Shown here piece after piece: positions 36,555 through 49,980 of a stretch of 64,000 nt of DNA. Position 1 is the first letter of the stretch. The number at the start of each line of letters is the position of its first letter. The stretch is from the NCBI RefSeq assembly GCF_001194135.2, contig NC_068990.1:69305157-69369156 (forward strand), read 5' to 3'. The position numbers and the translations under genes were made by a program. A model generated the notes under the pieces. The model made no database searches, was not told the origin of the DNA, and saw only the letters and a list, made by a program, of their open reading frames with translations. The stretch comes from Octopus bimaculoides. Taxonomy: Eukaryota.

Positions 36555-37431
36555 CGTCGTGTAACGTGGGTCGTTTAGCTTTCCTGGAGGCCTTCTGACA
36601 AATTCTTGCTCATTAGAAAGCGAAACGACCCACGTTACATGACGAAAAAGTAAAGTTTGGGGGTAAGAGTCTGATGTTATGGGGATACATAAAAAGTGAT
36701 GGTCTAAGAAAGTTGGTTAAAATTTACGGTAATTTGAATGGTGCCAAATACATCCAGTTGCTGAAGAACAATTTGATACCAGAGTTGGATGAAGGTGAGG
36801 TTTTTCAGCATGACGGATCTCTATGCTACAGATCGCGTGCAACACAACAGAGTCTGGCTCATGACGGTATTACCGAATTGAAAGATTAGCCAGCTCAGAG
36901 CCCTGACTTAAATATCATCGAGCGAATGTGGACAGAATTAAAGAAAACAGATCGTCAGAAGAAGCCACGCAGTCTTGAAGAGTTGTAAGAGCTCAGTCAC
37001 AGAGAATGGCATCTCATACATGTGAAGATGGTGAAGGATTTGTACGCATCTCTTCACAGGCGCATTGAAGCAATTTTTCAAGCTCAGAGAAGCCACATGA
37101 AATATTAACAATATACAGTAACTTCTTGTAATGAACATTATGTAATAAATTTTCATTATAGACACTTTTTTCTGTTTTAAAACACTGCATCTTGATTGGT
37201 TTATGTGAGGTGGCCGAAAACTTTTGCACAGCCATTTTTGGTGGTCGTCTCGCATCTTCCCCACTCATTCAGAACCCCTATTACAAAATATAATGATTAG
37301 GTATGGAAATGACTTCAACAGGGCCAATGTTTCATCTGTAAAAAACGCAATGCAAAACATCCACTTATAAGTTGACATTTAGTAGAAATTTACAATAGTT
37401 TAAAGTGGCAGAAGACTTTTGCACGGTACTG
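36555..37431 (+). mobile_element. Tc1-family transposon, 3' half with right terminal repeat
   Basis: KRNDPRYMTKKVKFGGKSLMLWGYI...VFQHDGS...LKD*PAQSPDLNIIERMW...RRIEAIFQAQRSHMKY*; 35 residues between the second D and the E. Terminus reads CAGTACCGTGCAAAAGTC on the minus strand, ending at 37431. Confidence 0.9.
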
Positions 37432-38446
37432 TGTATATATNNNNNNNNNNNNNNNNNNNNNNNNNNNNNNNNNNNNNNNNNNNNNNNNNNNNNNNNNNNN
37501 NNNNNNNNNNNNNNNNNNNNNNNNNNNNNNNNNNNNNNNNNNNNNNNNNNNNNNNNNNNNNNNNNNNNNNNNNNNNNNNNNNNNNNNNNNNNNNNNNNNN
37601 NNNNNNNNNNNNNNNNNNNNNNNNNNNNNNNNNNNNNNNNNNNNNNNNNNNNNNNNNNNNNNNNNNNNNNNNNNNNNNNNNNNNNNNNNNNNNNNNNNNN
37701 NNNNNNNNNNNNNNNNNNNNNNNNNNNNNNNNNNNNNNNNNNNNNNNNNNNNNNNNNNNNNNNNNNNNNNNNNNNNNNNNNNNNNNNNNNNNNNNNNNNN
37801 NNNNNNNNNNNNNNNNNNNNNNNNNNNNNNNNNNNNNNNNNNNNNNNNNNNNNNNNNNNNNNNNNNNNNNNNNNNNNNNNNNNNNNNNNNNNNNNNNNNN
37901 NNNNNNNNNNNNNNNNNNNNNNNNNNNNNNNNNNNNNNNNNNNNNNNNNNNNNNNNNNNNNNNNNNNNNNNNNNNNNNNNNNNNNNNNNNNNNNNNNNNN
38001 NNNNNNNNNNNNNNNNNNNNNNNNNNNNNNNNNNNNNNNNNNNNNNNNNNNNNNNNNNNNNNNNNNNNNNNNNNNNNNNNNNNNNNNNNNNNNNNNNNNN
38101 NNNNNNNNNNNNNNNNNNNNNNNNNNNNNNNNNNNNNNNNNNNNNNNNNNNNNNNNNNNNNNNNNNNNNNNNNNNNNNNNNNNNNNNNNNNNNNNNNNNN
38201 NNNNNNNNNNNNNNNNNNNNNNNNNNNNNNNNNNNNNNNNNNNNNNNNNNNNNNNNNNNNNNNNNNNNNNNNNNNNNNNNNNNNNNNNNNNNNNNNNNNN
38301 NNNNNNNNNNNNNNNNNNNNNNNNNNNNNNNNNNNNNNNNNNNNNNNNNNNNNNNNNNNNNNNNNNNNNNNNNNNNNNNNNNNNNNNNNNNNNNNNNNNN
38401 NNNNNNNNNNNNNNNNNNNTATATATATATATATATATATATATGG

Positions 38447-38980
38447 AGAGAATGTGTCAGAAAATTGTAGAACTTGGAACAAGACAGTGGCACACGTTGT
38501 AACAGAATGCCCCAAGATGGTACAGGAAGAATAAAAGAAATGGAGGCACGACCAGGTTGTGAAAGTTTTACACAGGAAACTGTGCCACAAATGGGGATTT
38601 GAAGCAGGAAACACATGGTACTATCATCGAATCGAAAGAGTATTGGGGTCGGAGAAATGTAGAAAGGGGAAGAAAAACAAAAAAAAATACAATCCCTTAG
38701 AATTTGAAATAGGAAGAATTTGGAGTATGCGATTGGTAAAGGTCATGCCTAAAATGATTGGTGTGTTGAAAATAGTAAGCAAAGATATAGATAAATGGCT
38801 AAAGGAGATTGAAATAGAATGCCCGGTAGAGCTCCTACAGAAATGTTGTCACTTAAGGACAGCAAGGATTATCAGGAGGGTTCTAAGCACTTGAAAGACT
38901 GCTAAAATCTTGTGGATGCCTAAGGTTATAGGTAGTAACCCGCTATCCACATAATTCCTGACCGAACCTGAGCCAACCCA
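38447..38980 (+). mobile_element. R4/Dong-clade LINE 3' end with (AAT)n downstream
   Basis: CRTWNKTVAHVVTECPKMVQEE*KKWRHDQVVKVLHRKLCHKWGFE (zinc knuckle)...KYNPLEFEIGRIWSM..V.P.MIGVL..VSKDIDKWLKEIEIECPVELLQKCCHLRTARIIRRVLST*, then a ~90-nt UTR and (AAT)n. Confidence 0.85.
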
Positions 38981-38981
38981 A

Positions 38982-39011
<30 letters not shown>

Positions 39012-39013
<2 letters not shown>

Positions 39014-39305
39014 CCATGTTTCCAAAGGTGAATTATTCAAACCCCAAAGAATTCCTCTCAACACATGGCTATGATGCTCCTCCACTACTTCTGCTCATGA
39101 TCAGAGATGCACATATCGTCAGCCACCAAGGGACATGCTCAACTGGTTAAGGTCAAACAATTAACAAGCAAATCTGTGGTATTAAGCGGAATATTTGCTG
39201 TAGCCCATCTTTTATACCAAGACAAAACAATGTACATGATAACACTTCCAATCAATTAAGATCAGAAGCCATGAGAGCCACTGTCTGGTACTGCATCCGG
39301 GCATC
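39012..39305. repeat. ~290-bp non-coding interspersed repeat bracketed by (AAT)n tracts
   Basis: Complex sequence flanked by aataataat on both sides. I recall it as a common octopus repeat, but there is only one copy here and the family is unassigned. Confidence 0.4.
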
Positions 39306-40189
39306 TAAATAATAATAATAATAATTCTTTGGTTTCCATAATATCCACACCGTTCTGTGGAGAAGGTCACAGTTTTATATTTAGCTGTATTGATAATGAT
39401 ATTTATCTTACAGTTGTATGAAGGTTTATGAGCTGATGAGAGTTTTGGTTCTAGATTGACAGCTTAAAATGTCAGGAAACACAACATTGAAAGTAAAACT
39501 TTTCGTATAGCGAGGTATTTTATGTTTAAATCACACAGTTTTATTGCAAGACTATGATTTAAACATAAAATAAACTCTGGTTGATCGATTTACTTTTTAT
39601 TGTTTTTAACAGGCTAGATCTCCGTTATATTCTTTTAACATACATTTATCGTTTCGTCAAACAAGAAAGAACAGCATCTGAGATTTGTTTTAAAGCATCT
39701 AAAATCGGTGAGAAGAAATGGAATGGAAGCTATAATCAGTTCGGAGACATGGCCTGAATGCTTGTTATATAGTAGACGTCACTAAAGATACCACTAAGAC
39801 CATGAAAAACTTGTAATATAAACGACCTAACAATGACACCTTTTCTTCTATCGGAAGTCCTTTATTTAGATACTTCGTTATGTAAATATCCGAAGACTAT
39901 ATGTTAGGTTTCAACTGGACAATTGGTTATGTCTACCACCCGACTTGCAGGAACGGTCAATCCGACAAGTTTTGACAGTGTTTCTATCTACCAAAATGTC
40001 GTCACAAGGCTGTAGTCGATTCGAAACTGGTAGAAGTTACTTGCCCAAGGTGCCACGTGATGGGACTTAGTTGTTGTGAAGTGAACTTGTGAAACATACA
40101 GCTCTGCCTAATCTCAGATGTAGCTTAAACAATTATTTAACGGTCTCTGCTCCTTGGAACTTAGCTATTCTCGTACCTCTGCATTCAGG

Positions 40190-40490
40190 CACCCTTACTT
40201 AATCATCTCTTCACCTCCCTTCACCTTTATTGCGTACACCCCACCCCACCCTATTTCCTACTAACCATTTTAACCTGTCCTTCCACCCCATATTACTTTT
40301 CCCTTGGAATCTTTACTCTGCTCATGTCTTACCTGCGGATGTTGACCTTCTACAATCATTAAATTCGATAGACTCCTGAAGACGGCCAGAAAGTACAACA
40401 ACCGAATTGTCGTGACTGTAACAACCAAGATGAGGTCACAAGTCTGAATATATCAGCGTATAACAATAGTAATTCACTGTCTCGGAAATT
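40190..40490 (+). mobile_element. Probable Penelope-like pLTR remnant with a degenerate hammerhead
   Basis: C-rich tract followed by CTGAAGA-CGG...CC-GAAT-TGTC (core damaged); shares ccc.tggaatct....t.ctcatgtctt with ~31955-31995. Confidence 0.4.
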
Positions 40491-41211
40491 CAGACAAAAT
40501 CTTTCAATAGATGATCCTCCGATCAGCTTTAAAACTATTTAGTGTTTACGGAGGAGAGGTGGTAAGATCGATTGCAATTTCCTAATCATTTTGAAGCGTG
40601 TGGTGACGTGTTGTTTTTGTAGGTGGCCATGTTGGTTATTGTGTTGGGAGTGGACGCCATCATGCTAATGAAAAAGGTCCTAATAATATTGATTTTGTTG
40701 GCCGTCATCACAGTAACGAAAGTAGCTATGTCGATGTATCTAGATAATGGAGGAGGGATTGCAATAAAGGACATAATCTGTACACATTGTCATTGTTATA
40801 ACACTATGGTAATGGGTTTCCCTTTTCTAGTATTGTAATTCATTTCAACCAATAGGAACGATGCTATTGTCCACGTCACGTCCTCGTGAGAGGTTCCTTA
40901 ACAACGACCAGCTTTAATCCTAAGCGACAAGTGTGAATGGAACTCCGCAATAGAATGAGTCTTACTTAATTGTAGATGATGTAGAGATACCAACAGGAAG
41001 ACAAAAACACACATTTCTGAGTGTAGGCCATTTGATACAGCAAGCGGGACATATTGTGTTGTGACAGTGGCAAACATGGCTGTCATTTTCGTGTGTGTTT
41101 TTGTATCTAACTAATAGCATTTGCAGAAGAATTATGAACTATAATCATTAGTGACTCCCTTGATTAAACATAGTACATTTAATGTAATCAGCAAAGACAA
41201 ACTGAGTAGAT

Positions 41212-41257
<46 letters not shown>

Positions 41258-41412
41258 ACTCTCACACACATTCTTTCTGTCCTTCTTTCCATCTTTTTTC
41301 TTTGTATCCCTATTTACATATACAATTGACAGCAATATAGAATAACAAGCAAAAGTAAAATTTAATGTTTTCAATCAATATTAAATAGAAGAATAAATAC
41401 TACTACTACTAC

Positions 41413-41452
<40 letters not shown>

Positions 41453-42070
41453 TAATAATGAGAATAGACGTGGGAGAAACCACATATGTATCCTATTGAT
41501 AGAAGAAAAAGCTGTTATAATGTGATGCTATGTGATATTGAATATGGAGTTTATACCTTTGAAAAACGGTATCGTGTGGCTGTCAGCAGAGATTCTAGTA
41601 TATCATTTGGTTGTAAACAGAAAGTAATTAATTAATTGAAATCGAAAGTGGGTGTCATATGAATAGCAGAGAATTGATTGATATCAAGTAAGTGGGTTGT
41701 GTTTGTTATCGTCTGCTGATTCCGTTGAAAAGATATTGTCTTTTTATCAAACACCCTCCCTTAAACACACAATTAACATTCACTACTTCAATTATCATTC
41801 ATAGATGCAGTGTTATTACTTATATATGTAAACACTTACAAACTGAATGATTGATTGTCACATAACCACAAAATTTTATGGAAGGGGATATATTCAATCA
41901 GATCGATTCCAGTACATGTATGGTACTTATTTCAACGATTTCAAAGGTATAAAAGGCAAAAACAGACACCCTGGTTGGATTTGAAACTAGGACGTAGAGA
42001 GAAAAAAAGAACTAAATATTGTTGCCCAATTTAAGTTCTTATTTGGCTCCAGGCTATCTTTGGTCGAATA

Positions 42071-42464
42071 CCGTATTTACTCTCGTACAAGTCACACTTT
42101 TATTCTTGATTTTAACTGAAAAAAACCTGGGGTACGACTTAGCGACTTATACAGGGTGACCCAAAAGTAGGTTTACAGTTATCACGTAAGCACTTTAAAT
42201 TTCTTTTAAAACATTTTATTACATTTAGATTTCTAACTTACAAACTAAAAAGGAATCTTGACAAAATTAACTAAATTAGCCTAGAATAATGGTTTCATAT
42301 TTTTTATAATTACGATTTAAACCGTAAATATATGAATGCAAAAGAGAGAGTTGGATAACCTACTTTTGGGCCACTCTGTATATGAGGCAAAGCTAGAATT
42401 ATGAAGGGTAAAACTTTTGTTTTAAGTTTTAACACGAAATAATGGGTGCGACTTATACACGAGT
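42071..42464. mobile_element. pogo/Tigger-type MITE hosting a nested MITE
   Basis: TA|CCGTATTTACTCTCGTACAAGTCACAC left TIR; the right TIR is partial (GTGCGACTTATACACGAGT) and lacks its outer ~8 bp. Confidence 0.6.
42152..42378. mobile_element. Tc1/mariner-type MITE, 227 bp, TA TSD
   Basis: TA|CAGGGTGACCCAAAAGTAGGT ... ACCTACTTTTGGGCCACTCTG|TA, TIR 19/21 identical. Confidence 0.85.
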
Positions 42465-42528
42465 GTCATTTCTATGATTAAATGCATTTAATAAATCGAT
42501 TACTTTTTATTATTAATTAAGACAGAGT

Positions 42529-42745
42529 AAGGCGGCGAGCTGGCAGAATCGTTAGCACGCCGGGCGAAATGCATAGCGACATTTCGTCCGTCTTTACATT
42601 CTGAGCTCAAATTCCGCCGAGGTCGACTTCACCTTTCATCCTTTCGGGGTTGATAAAATAAGTACCAGATGAGCACAAGGGGTGGATGTAATTGACTTAC
42701 TCTCTCTCCCCTGAAATTGCTGGCCTTGTGCTAAAGTTTGTAATT
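42529..42745 (+). mobile_element. SINE family A, full length
   Basis: aaggcggcgagctggcagaatcgttagcacgccgggcg..., CpGs intact. Confidence 0.9.
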
Positions 42746-43906
42746 ATTATCAACTAAGACAGTAGGATGCAATATGAGGGAGACTTGGCTACCGCTTCTA
42801 GCATGTCGAGCGACGACGTGGAGGCTCCATTGTTTAGAGAAATACTTCTAGTCTTTTACTTCGATACTGATAGTCTACTAACTGTCAAAATTTGTGCTTT
42901 GACAGTGTTTTCGTCTTTCACAAATTCGTGGATATCTATTGCAACACCTTCATTGTCATATAAAATTGTCGCCTACATCTTCAGCTAAGTAAATTGATGT
43001 AATTGTTCCCTGTTTAACAGACCTATTTATGATCAAAGTCATTCCATTTGCGACTACTTCCACCTTTTGAGAATTCAAGATTTTGCAACTGAGCAGATCA
43101 TAGTGCTTGCAACCAGATATAAACAATGACTCCTCTGGATGATATAATACAGCATATAATAGAGCATCTTTCTGTTTAATCTCTCAAAGCTTATTGTTGC
43201 ATATATTGTTGCATCATTACACGTGTACGCATGTATTGATTTCGCTTAGGCATGGCGATGCTAATTACCAGTTGTGAGAATGCAATACACATAAGCTTTA
43301 GAGCTGTCGTGGACAAACAACAGCCGCGTGATTTTCTGAATGGCCCGTCTGACGTAAAGTTACCTTCAATTTTTTTAATAGTGCGACTCACCTGACGATG
43401 AACCATGTCTCATGCGGCCCACTCTTCGAAAAAGACTGCCCAGACCTTCTTTAGAGTAAAGCGTCAGATGAGTACAAAGCATAATATCAATAAATAATGA
43501 CAAAAGAACAACAGTTACGTAATTACTTCCATTAGTCAACTGCTGTTTCTGCCATAAGAATCATTGTACTCGGGAGTTGAGTGTTCGTGACAACTTGTAG
43601 CTTCCTCGGAGCCATTTACACACACACACATACACGCATAAAACAAGACTTTCTGGTCGATTTTCGTCAGGGAGTCGTGAAATGACACATACTTGGGATT
43701 TTTGAGATGTTTTGAAATGTTCAGTTCGTGCATATATTCACCATATTCACCTGCTGAAAACGGTTTTATCGCATAATGTGATAATTCTATTCAGCAATAA
43801 AAAAAAAAGTCACGTCTGAAACAGTCGTAGTGAAAGTACCACATTCCGTCTGTCGTTATTTGTTCACACACACACACACACACACAAACACACGCACACA
43901 CGCGCG

Positions 43907-43944
<38 letters not shown>

Positions 43945-44654
43945 CACATACATGCGTACGCACGTACACACATATATATATAAATTTACACTCACATGCA
44001 TATGTGTGTGTAATATAGACACTCATACATACACACACACACACAATAAGCGATAAACTAGTGACTTTTATGTCGTTAGAACAAAGCACTTTAATATTGT
44101 AGTAATAGTGATAATCTAATTTGTCGAAATTATCAATTTTCTACTCTGCTGGTCCGTATAAATATGTAATATTTTCTGTAGGATAGCAGAAACAAGTTAA
44201 TTTCTTAACAGCTCTGTTGGGGAACTTTTTCAGGTTTTATAAGTGCAATGCAGTGTTGATATAAAATACGATTTTGATAACAGGTGCATGCGTGGTTGTG
44301 TGATTAAGAAGCTCAGTCTGCAACCACTGACTGGGTGGTTCGATAACACTGTGTAGTATTTTGGGCATGTGTTTTTGTGGTCGCGTTTGTGCCTTCCCCT
44401 ACTCCTAATTACTTAACATCACCTACCTGTTCAGCTAAAAAAAACAAAAATCTAACAATTAATATCAAACTTAATATGTGTGTGTATTTTGGTCGATTTG
44501 TTCGACTCACTCTACAAGTTAGTACTCCAGCATGACCATAGTCCATGACTGAAACAAGGGATGTACTTTCCATGCCATTTACGAAAAACACAATTATCTT
44601 TAGCCTTTTGTTCATTGTTTGGTTTCCTGCTTTTTTTTTTCTCCCAAGACACAA

Positions 44655-45091
44655 CATAATAATTTCAAATTTTGGTACAAAGCCGGCAATTTTGGGGGAG
44701 GGGATAAGTCGATCACATTCACCCCAGTGTTCAAATGGTACTTAATTTATCCTGAAACGATAAAAGGCAAAGTCGACCTCACGGGTTGGGTTTTGAACTC
44801 AGAACGTAAAGACGGACGAAATGCCGTAAAGCATTTTGCCCAGTGCGGTAACGATTTTTATTTCTTTATTGCCCACAAGGGGCTAAACATAGAAGGGACA
44901 AACAAGGACAGACAAAGGGATTAAGTCGATTACATCGACCCCAGTGCGTAACTGGTACTTAATTTATCGACCCCGAAAGGATGAAAGGCAAAGTTGACCT
45001 CGGCGGAATTTGAACTCAGAACGTAACGGCAGACGAAATACCGCTAAGTATTTCGTCCAGCGTGTTAACGTTTCTACCAGCTCGCCGCCTT
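44655..45091 (-). mobile_element. Two tandem family A SINEs; 44857-45091 is close to consensus
   Basis: Reverse complements of family A. Family B copies lie nearby at ~44283-44560(+), 45230-45540(-), 47150-47320(-) and 50725-50880(+). Confidence 0.85.
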
Positions 45092-46263
45092 CCCTAGATT
45101 CAACATAATAATAAAAAAGTTTAAAAACAAAAAGTTTCTTTAGGGGGAGGGGGAGTTAGTAATATTAATTTCTCGAAAAAAAGTGGTTGAAATTTGTCGT
45201 AATTGGCATAAAAACCTACATCATATCTTTTGCCTTTTACGTATTTTAGTCATTGGACCGCGGCCTAACAAATCAGCTGCTAAGAGAACGTAAACAAACC
45301 AACGCATGTTGTGAAGAGGCGGCAGGAGACGAACGCAAACATATACACACATATACATACATGCATACAAGCAACCATAAACAGACAGACTGACAGTCAG
45401 ATAGATAGATAGACGGACAGACGACAGGCTTTTTTATGGCCTCCGGCTATGAAATTCATTCACAAGTCTTTGGTCGGTCCAAGGCTGAAGCTGGAATCAC
45501 GTTGTTACAAAGCGAGCTTTTTAACACAGTGATTCTTGCACCCAAAGTAGGCCCCTGTGCGTTTAACCAAAAAGATCCATTATAGTAAAACGGTTTAGTG
45601 TAGTGAACAGTAACTTTAAGCTATAAATACTCACAAAGGGCCGCTGCTGTTGCTGCTGCTGCTACTACTATCACTATCACCGCCCACACCACTTACCTCT
45701 TACCAGCTCCTGCTAACTTGCATTAGATATAGTTTCTCTATAGCATGGCAACCTATATAATCGTTGAGGCATTACAGTCCTGATAGATATACTAAAAAAA
45801 AAAAAAACACAAAAAACAAGAAACTAATAGTTACTCAGTTGTGTTATCAACAAAATGTTCAAAATGTTAGCTAGTTACCCAACCATTTCAGACTGTACAT
45901 GGTCGCTCGACCCGCTTGAAACAGTAGCCACATCGTCCTCAGATAGCATACTGTCGTCTTAAATAATAAGAAAAAGAAAAAGGTTTAACTGTACTACAGA
46001 GCCTTCGCATAGATGTTTTTAGCCAACAATGTCTATAGACATGTAAACACCTTGTCTGCATATACACTCTTTATAGAGGCATCAGCTTTTAATATTGCTT
46101 TAATATTTCGTCGACAAATAGGTTGTCCTTTCTCGACGAAATCTCAACTGCCCTATTTATCGATAAAGACTGAAGTAAACAGAATAGACCGTATAGCATA
46201 TGTAACAAATTATTATATATAGCTCTTTTGATTCATAAATTAATGAAATGAAAGACTATTAGT

Positions 46264-46310
<47 letters not shown>

Positions 46311-47377
46311 TTATCTATCTATCTATCTCTCAGACAGTGCTGGCTGAAATCTATAAATATATTCTGAAGTACAATGTAGCACTGCAACAAACCACTGTTA
46401 ATGCACCAACAATTTATTAATCAAACTAGCTACCAAACTACGATGGGTTTATCCGAATTGGACCATCCAATTGACATAAACCTTCAGAATTAGTGGAGTG
46501 CGAGGAGCAACAAAGATATGAAAGCTCTTTTCGAAGAAATTGTCAGAAACTACAGAGAAATCGAGCGGTACTGAAATGAAGAAAAACAGTGCATTATGTA
46601 CAGTGAGGAATTTCTGCTCAGCTAGATCGAGTATTCGAGCGTTGAGGATGATAGAAATATCTGACTCAGAGTCACCAACATCTGACTCGACCGATTTAAT
46701 GCTGTTGTGCTGACGTCTCGGTATCTACATCGGTAGCTAGTCTCCGGTAGCTTTGGTGTCACAGTAGAAGGGGCCAACATACCTTCAGAGCTACTTCACT
46801 GCTTAATGAGCCATCGACTCCTGCATTTCAAGACAGAGGACAAGCAGCATTCTCAACACATAAGAGCATAGCCCGAGTATTTTTGTATGCGTGCGTGTGG
46901 GGGGGAGACGTGCGTGCGCGTGTATAACGTACATATATATGTATATTGTTCATTTAACGTCCGGTTTTCTTGGCTCGTATTAATGATGCATTGTTTTACA
47001 GCCTTTTATGCCTTTCCTGTCGTTAACACTTGTTTTTCAAGTAAGGTGTGTGTTATTTCGCTCGTCTTTGATCACGTAAGGCCAGTAGGTGTCCTGTTGA
47101 CAAGAGAAATGACAACAGTATCACCGTGAAAATGCAAACTAACTCTCAGATACATCAACACATACAATCGTCTCCACATACAAATACGTGTATACGATGG
47201 GCTTCTTTCAAATTCCGTCTACCAAATCTAATCACAAGGTACTTGTCCAAAATGTCGCACAGTGGGATTCGAAACCGAAACCATATGATTGGGAATGAAA
47301 CTTCTTAACCACACAACTGTTTGTGTGCTTACGTACACGTGCGTGCGCGCACATACACACAGGGAAAGAGCGCAGAC

Positions 47378-47432
<55 letters not shown>

Positions 47433-47589
47433 CTGTATGTAGGTATATAAATAGATTTATGGATAGGTAGGTAGATAATTCACTGGTAAATCCATTGCTT
47501 TTAAAATCTTTATTCCCTTGACCCTACTGTGTAGCAATGTTTGAAAACCGTCCAAATATTTTACTCCCTTATTCGTTTACCTTACTTAC

Positions 47590-47625
<36 letters not shown>

Positions 47626-47688
47626 GTGTGTGTGTATATATATATATATTCTCATTCATATATATCAAAATCTTCCGACATCTTAGGC

Positions 47689-48857
47689 CAATGGTTCCCA
47701 ACCTGGGGTCCGCGGAACCCAGGTAGTCCTGGGGGTTCGTGAACTAAATTCAAAATTTCATTTTAATATATAAAATCCGTTCTGTCTGTCTGTTTGTGCG
47801 CTTATAACTCGAGTATTGTTCATCCGATCGCGCTGAAATTTTGAACATGAATACATGAGAGAGTGGGGCGTTCCGTAATCTAAAAAGATTTTCAAAATAG
47901 TTTCAATGTGAAAATCGCTATTTTTGTAATCTTTGTGTCCTGTTTGTTCCGCCATTAAAATCAACCAGTTGCTCAAACAGCCGGCACATACCATTTCGCT
48001 AGCAACAAGGGGAATACAGGATGACAGTCAGCCAAAACCGTTGCTATGCTGTCTCTCTTATGACGTCCAATTCCACTTGAAATTGTATATATATTGTGTT
48101 AAGATTCGTTATCAATCAAGTATCCTTACTGAGAAGAAACAGTCACCAAACATCTCCACTACTTAATACCGTCCAAGTTAACCCTCTTCACCTTTACACC
48201 TGACATGAAAAACTACTAAATAAGCAAAAAAAAAATTGATTACTCTTAAAACGCGTATAATTTTGAGGTTAATAATCTTAATCTTTAATTGTGTATATAA
48301 TTTCACCTTTAAAGGTATTTTTTAATATGCTGGCCACTGATAAAGTTTTTTGAAAAAATGTTATCCTTATATTTGAGGTATATATATATAAAATACAAAA
48401 ATGGGACAAGAACGCAAGACATCCAGACAGTTAGGTGATACAAAAAAAGGGGACAACAAAACATCCAGACAGACGATACAAAGAAAACAAGGACGGGTCA
48501 TTCGGAGTTTTCTTTCCTCAATCGAGTTCCAGATTATCTTCACAATTTCGGCTGGTTATACTCGAGATTGCTCCAATCTGACCAGCCGCAAGGAAAAACT
48601 AGCACTAGATTCCTTGGAAGAAAGCAACGAATGTATACGGAAACAAGGAGGGGAAAAAAAGGAGAAATAGTATACAAATACAAATAACAGGACATAACAG
48701 CGGATATCTTTCGACTAAGGACGAATTAAACTAAGCCGGCATGTGTGGAAGTAAAGCCTTACGGCAGGGACGATATGCATATATATATATATATCCCTGG
48801 GAAAATTCATTTAAATAGAAGGGTTGGGAACCACTGTGGAAAGGTTGGAAATCACTG
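47689..48857. mobile_element. hAT/Charlie-type non-autonomous element with nested insertions and a duplicated right terminus
   Basis: Left TIR CAATGGTTCCCAACCT; right termini AGGGTTGGGAACCACTG (ends 48836) and AAGGTTGGAAATCACTG (ends 48857); 8-bp TSD TCTTAGGC / TATTAGGC (7/8). Confidence 0.8.
47765..48003 (+). mobile_element. Helitron/HINE-like insertion nested in the hAT element
   Basis: AATATATAAAAT start, (CTGT)n, atccgatcgcgctgaaattttg core, end ...gccggcac..gctag. Confidence 0.5.
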
Positions 48858-49980
48858 TATTAGGCTGTTTCTAGTTACTTTAGCTTCCAAAAATATTAGG
48901 TCTTTTTTTTTTCTTTTCGTCGGTTCAAATCACCATAATGTGGTCTTTTTGACAAAGGCTTCATTCACAACACAAGCAAGAGGAAGTGAAGCATCATGGC
49001 GTTCTCACTACACACCTAGCCATGCACTTAAGCAATCTTCTTCATTGTATCTATTAACAACTGTGATGGAAAAGAAATACTTCTTTTCTCACTTTTTTTT
49101 ATGTTGTTTATTTTGTTTTTCTTTTTATTGGCATAATGACCCTCCATAGATACAACAAAGACTGCTTAGTTATTCATTCATTCAGTACGCTCTTGAGGAA
49201 AATAACTAGCAAATTGAAACCCAACCGGGGGAAAAAAAACCTAGATCTTTTATTATTCCCTTCTGTACTGAAAAGTCTGATGTTTTGAAAAGATATAAGA
49301 ATATCTTTGTAAAAGATTATTGTTTACTCCTGACTTCAATTGACACCAAGGAAAGAATATTTTCTTCATTTGATCTTTTGATTCTTCTCTATCATCTGCG
49401 ACATTTTACTTGGACAAAATTATGTTTTGTTCGATATATTGAAAATACTCAATATAGAATAATCTGTGTATGAATAATAACATATGCTAATTCGAAATAA
49501 TGTTATATACATTTCTAAATATTTTTCAGTAGTGCTGATTGAAGTTTCTCTGAGTGCTGTTCTACGTTTGTGTATACATTATAAATGATACAGCTTTGTG
49601 TGTAGGCATAGTTATTTTCATATCTAATGCAGTTTCAAGAGCGTACATTGATTAAATATTCAGGTTATTGATATTTTTATAAAATTGATCTTTCATAACA
49701 AAATATTTAATCTCTAACGAAATTATAGACGACAGGAACTATTAAACTTTTTTTCTTTTTATCTACAATTTTCCAGTAGCTTTATAATTTTCAGGTGTCA
49801 TATGTCTACACTTATGTATAGTGGTAGCTTTATTTTTTATTCAACGCTCTATCATAAATTATACCACAATAATTTTTCACATTCCGTAGTTGATGGCATA
49901 AAAGATGCATGGGCATTTTAGAGGCACCCCAATTTCGGCAATGCATATTTAGGAAAAGTAAAATATTTTTAGAGTATTAA

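Noticed and set aside
40586-40838. Overlapping hydrophobic ORFs on both strands
   Set aside because: Degenerate (GTN/ATN)-type trinucleotide low-complexity sequence.
42767-42988. 73-aa ORF MQYEGDLATASS...
   Set aside because: Its start matches a dispersed repeat also present in reverse at ~45895-45945; no splice or homology support.
46490-46850. Possible exon in unique, balanced-composition sequence
   Set aside because: Plus-strand frames are interrupted by stops, and the one long minus-strand open stretch has no start codon or recognisable domain.
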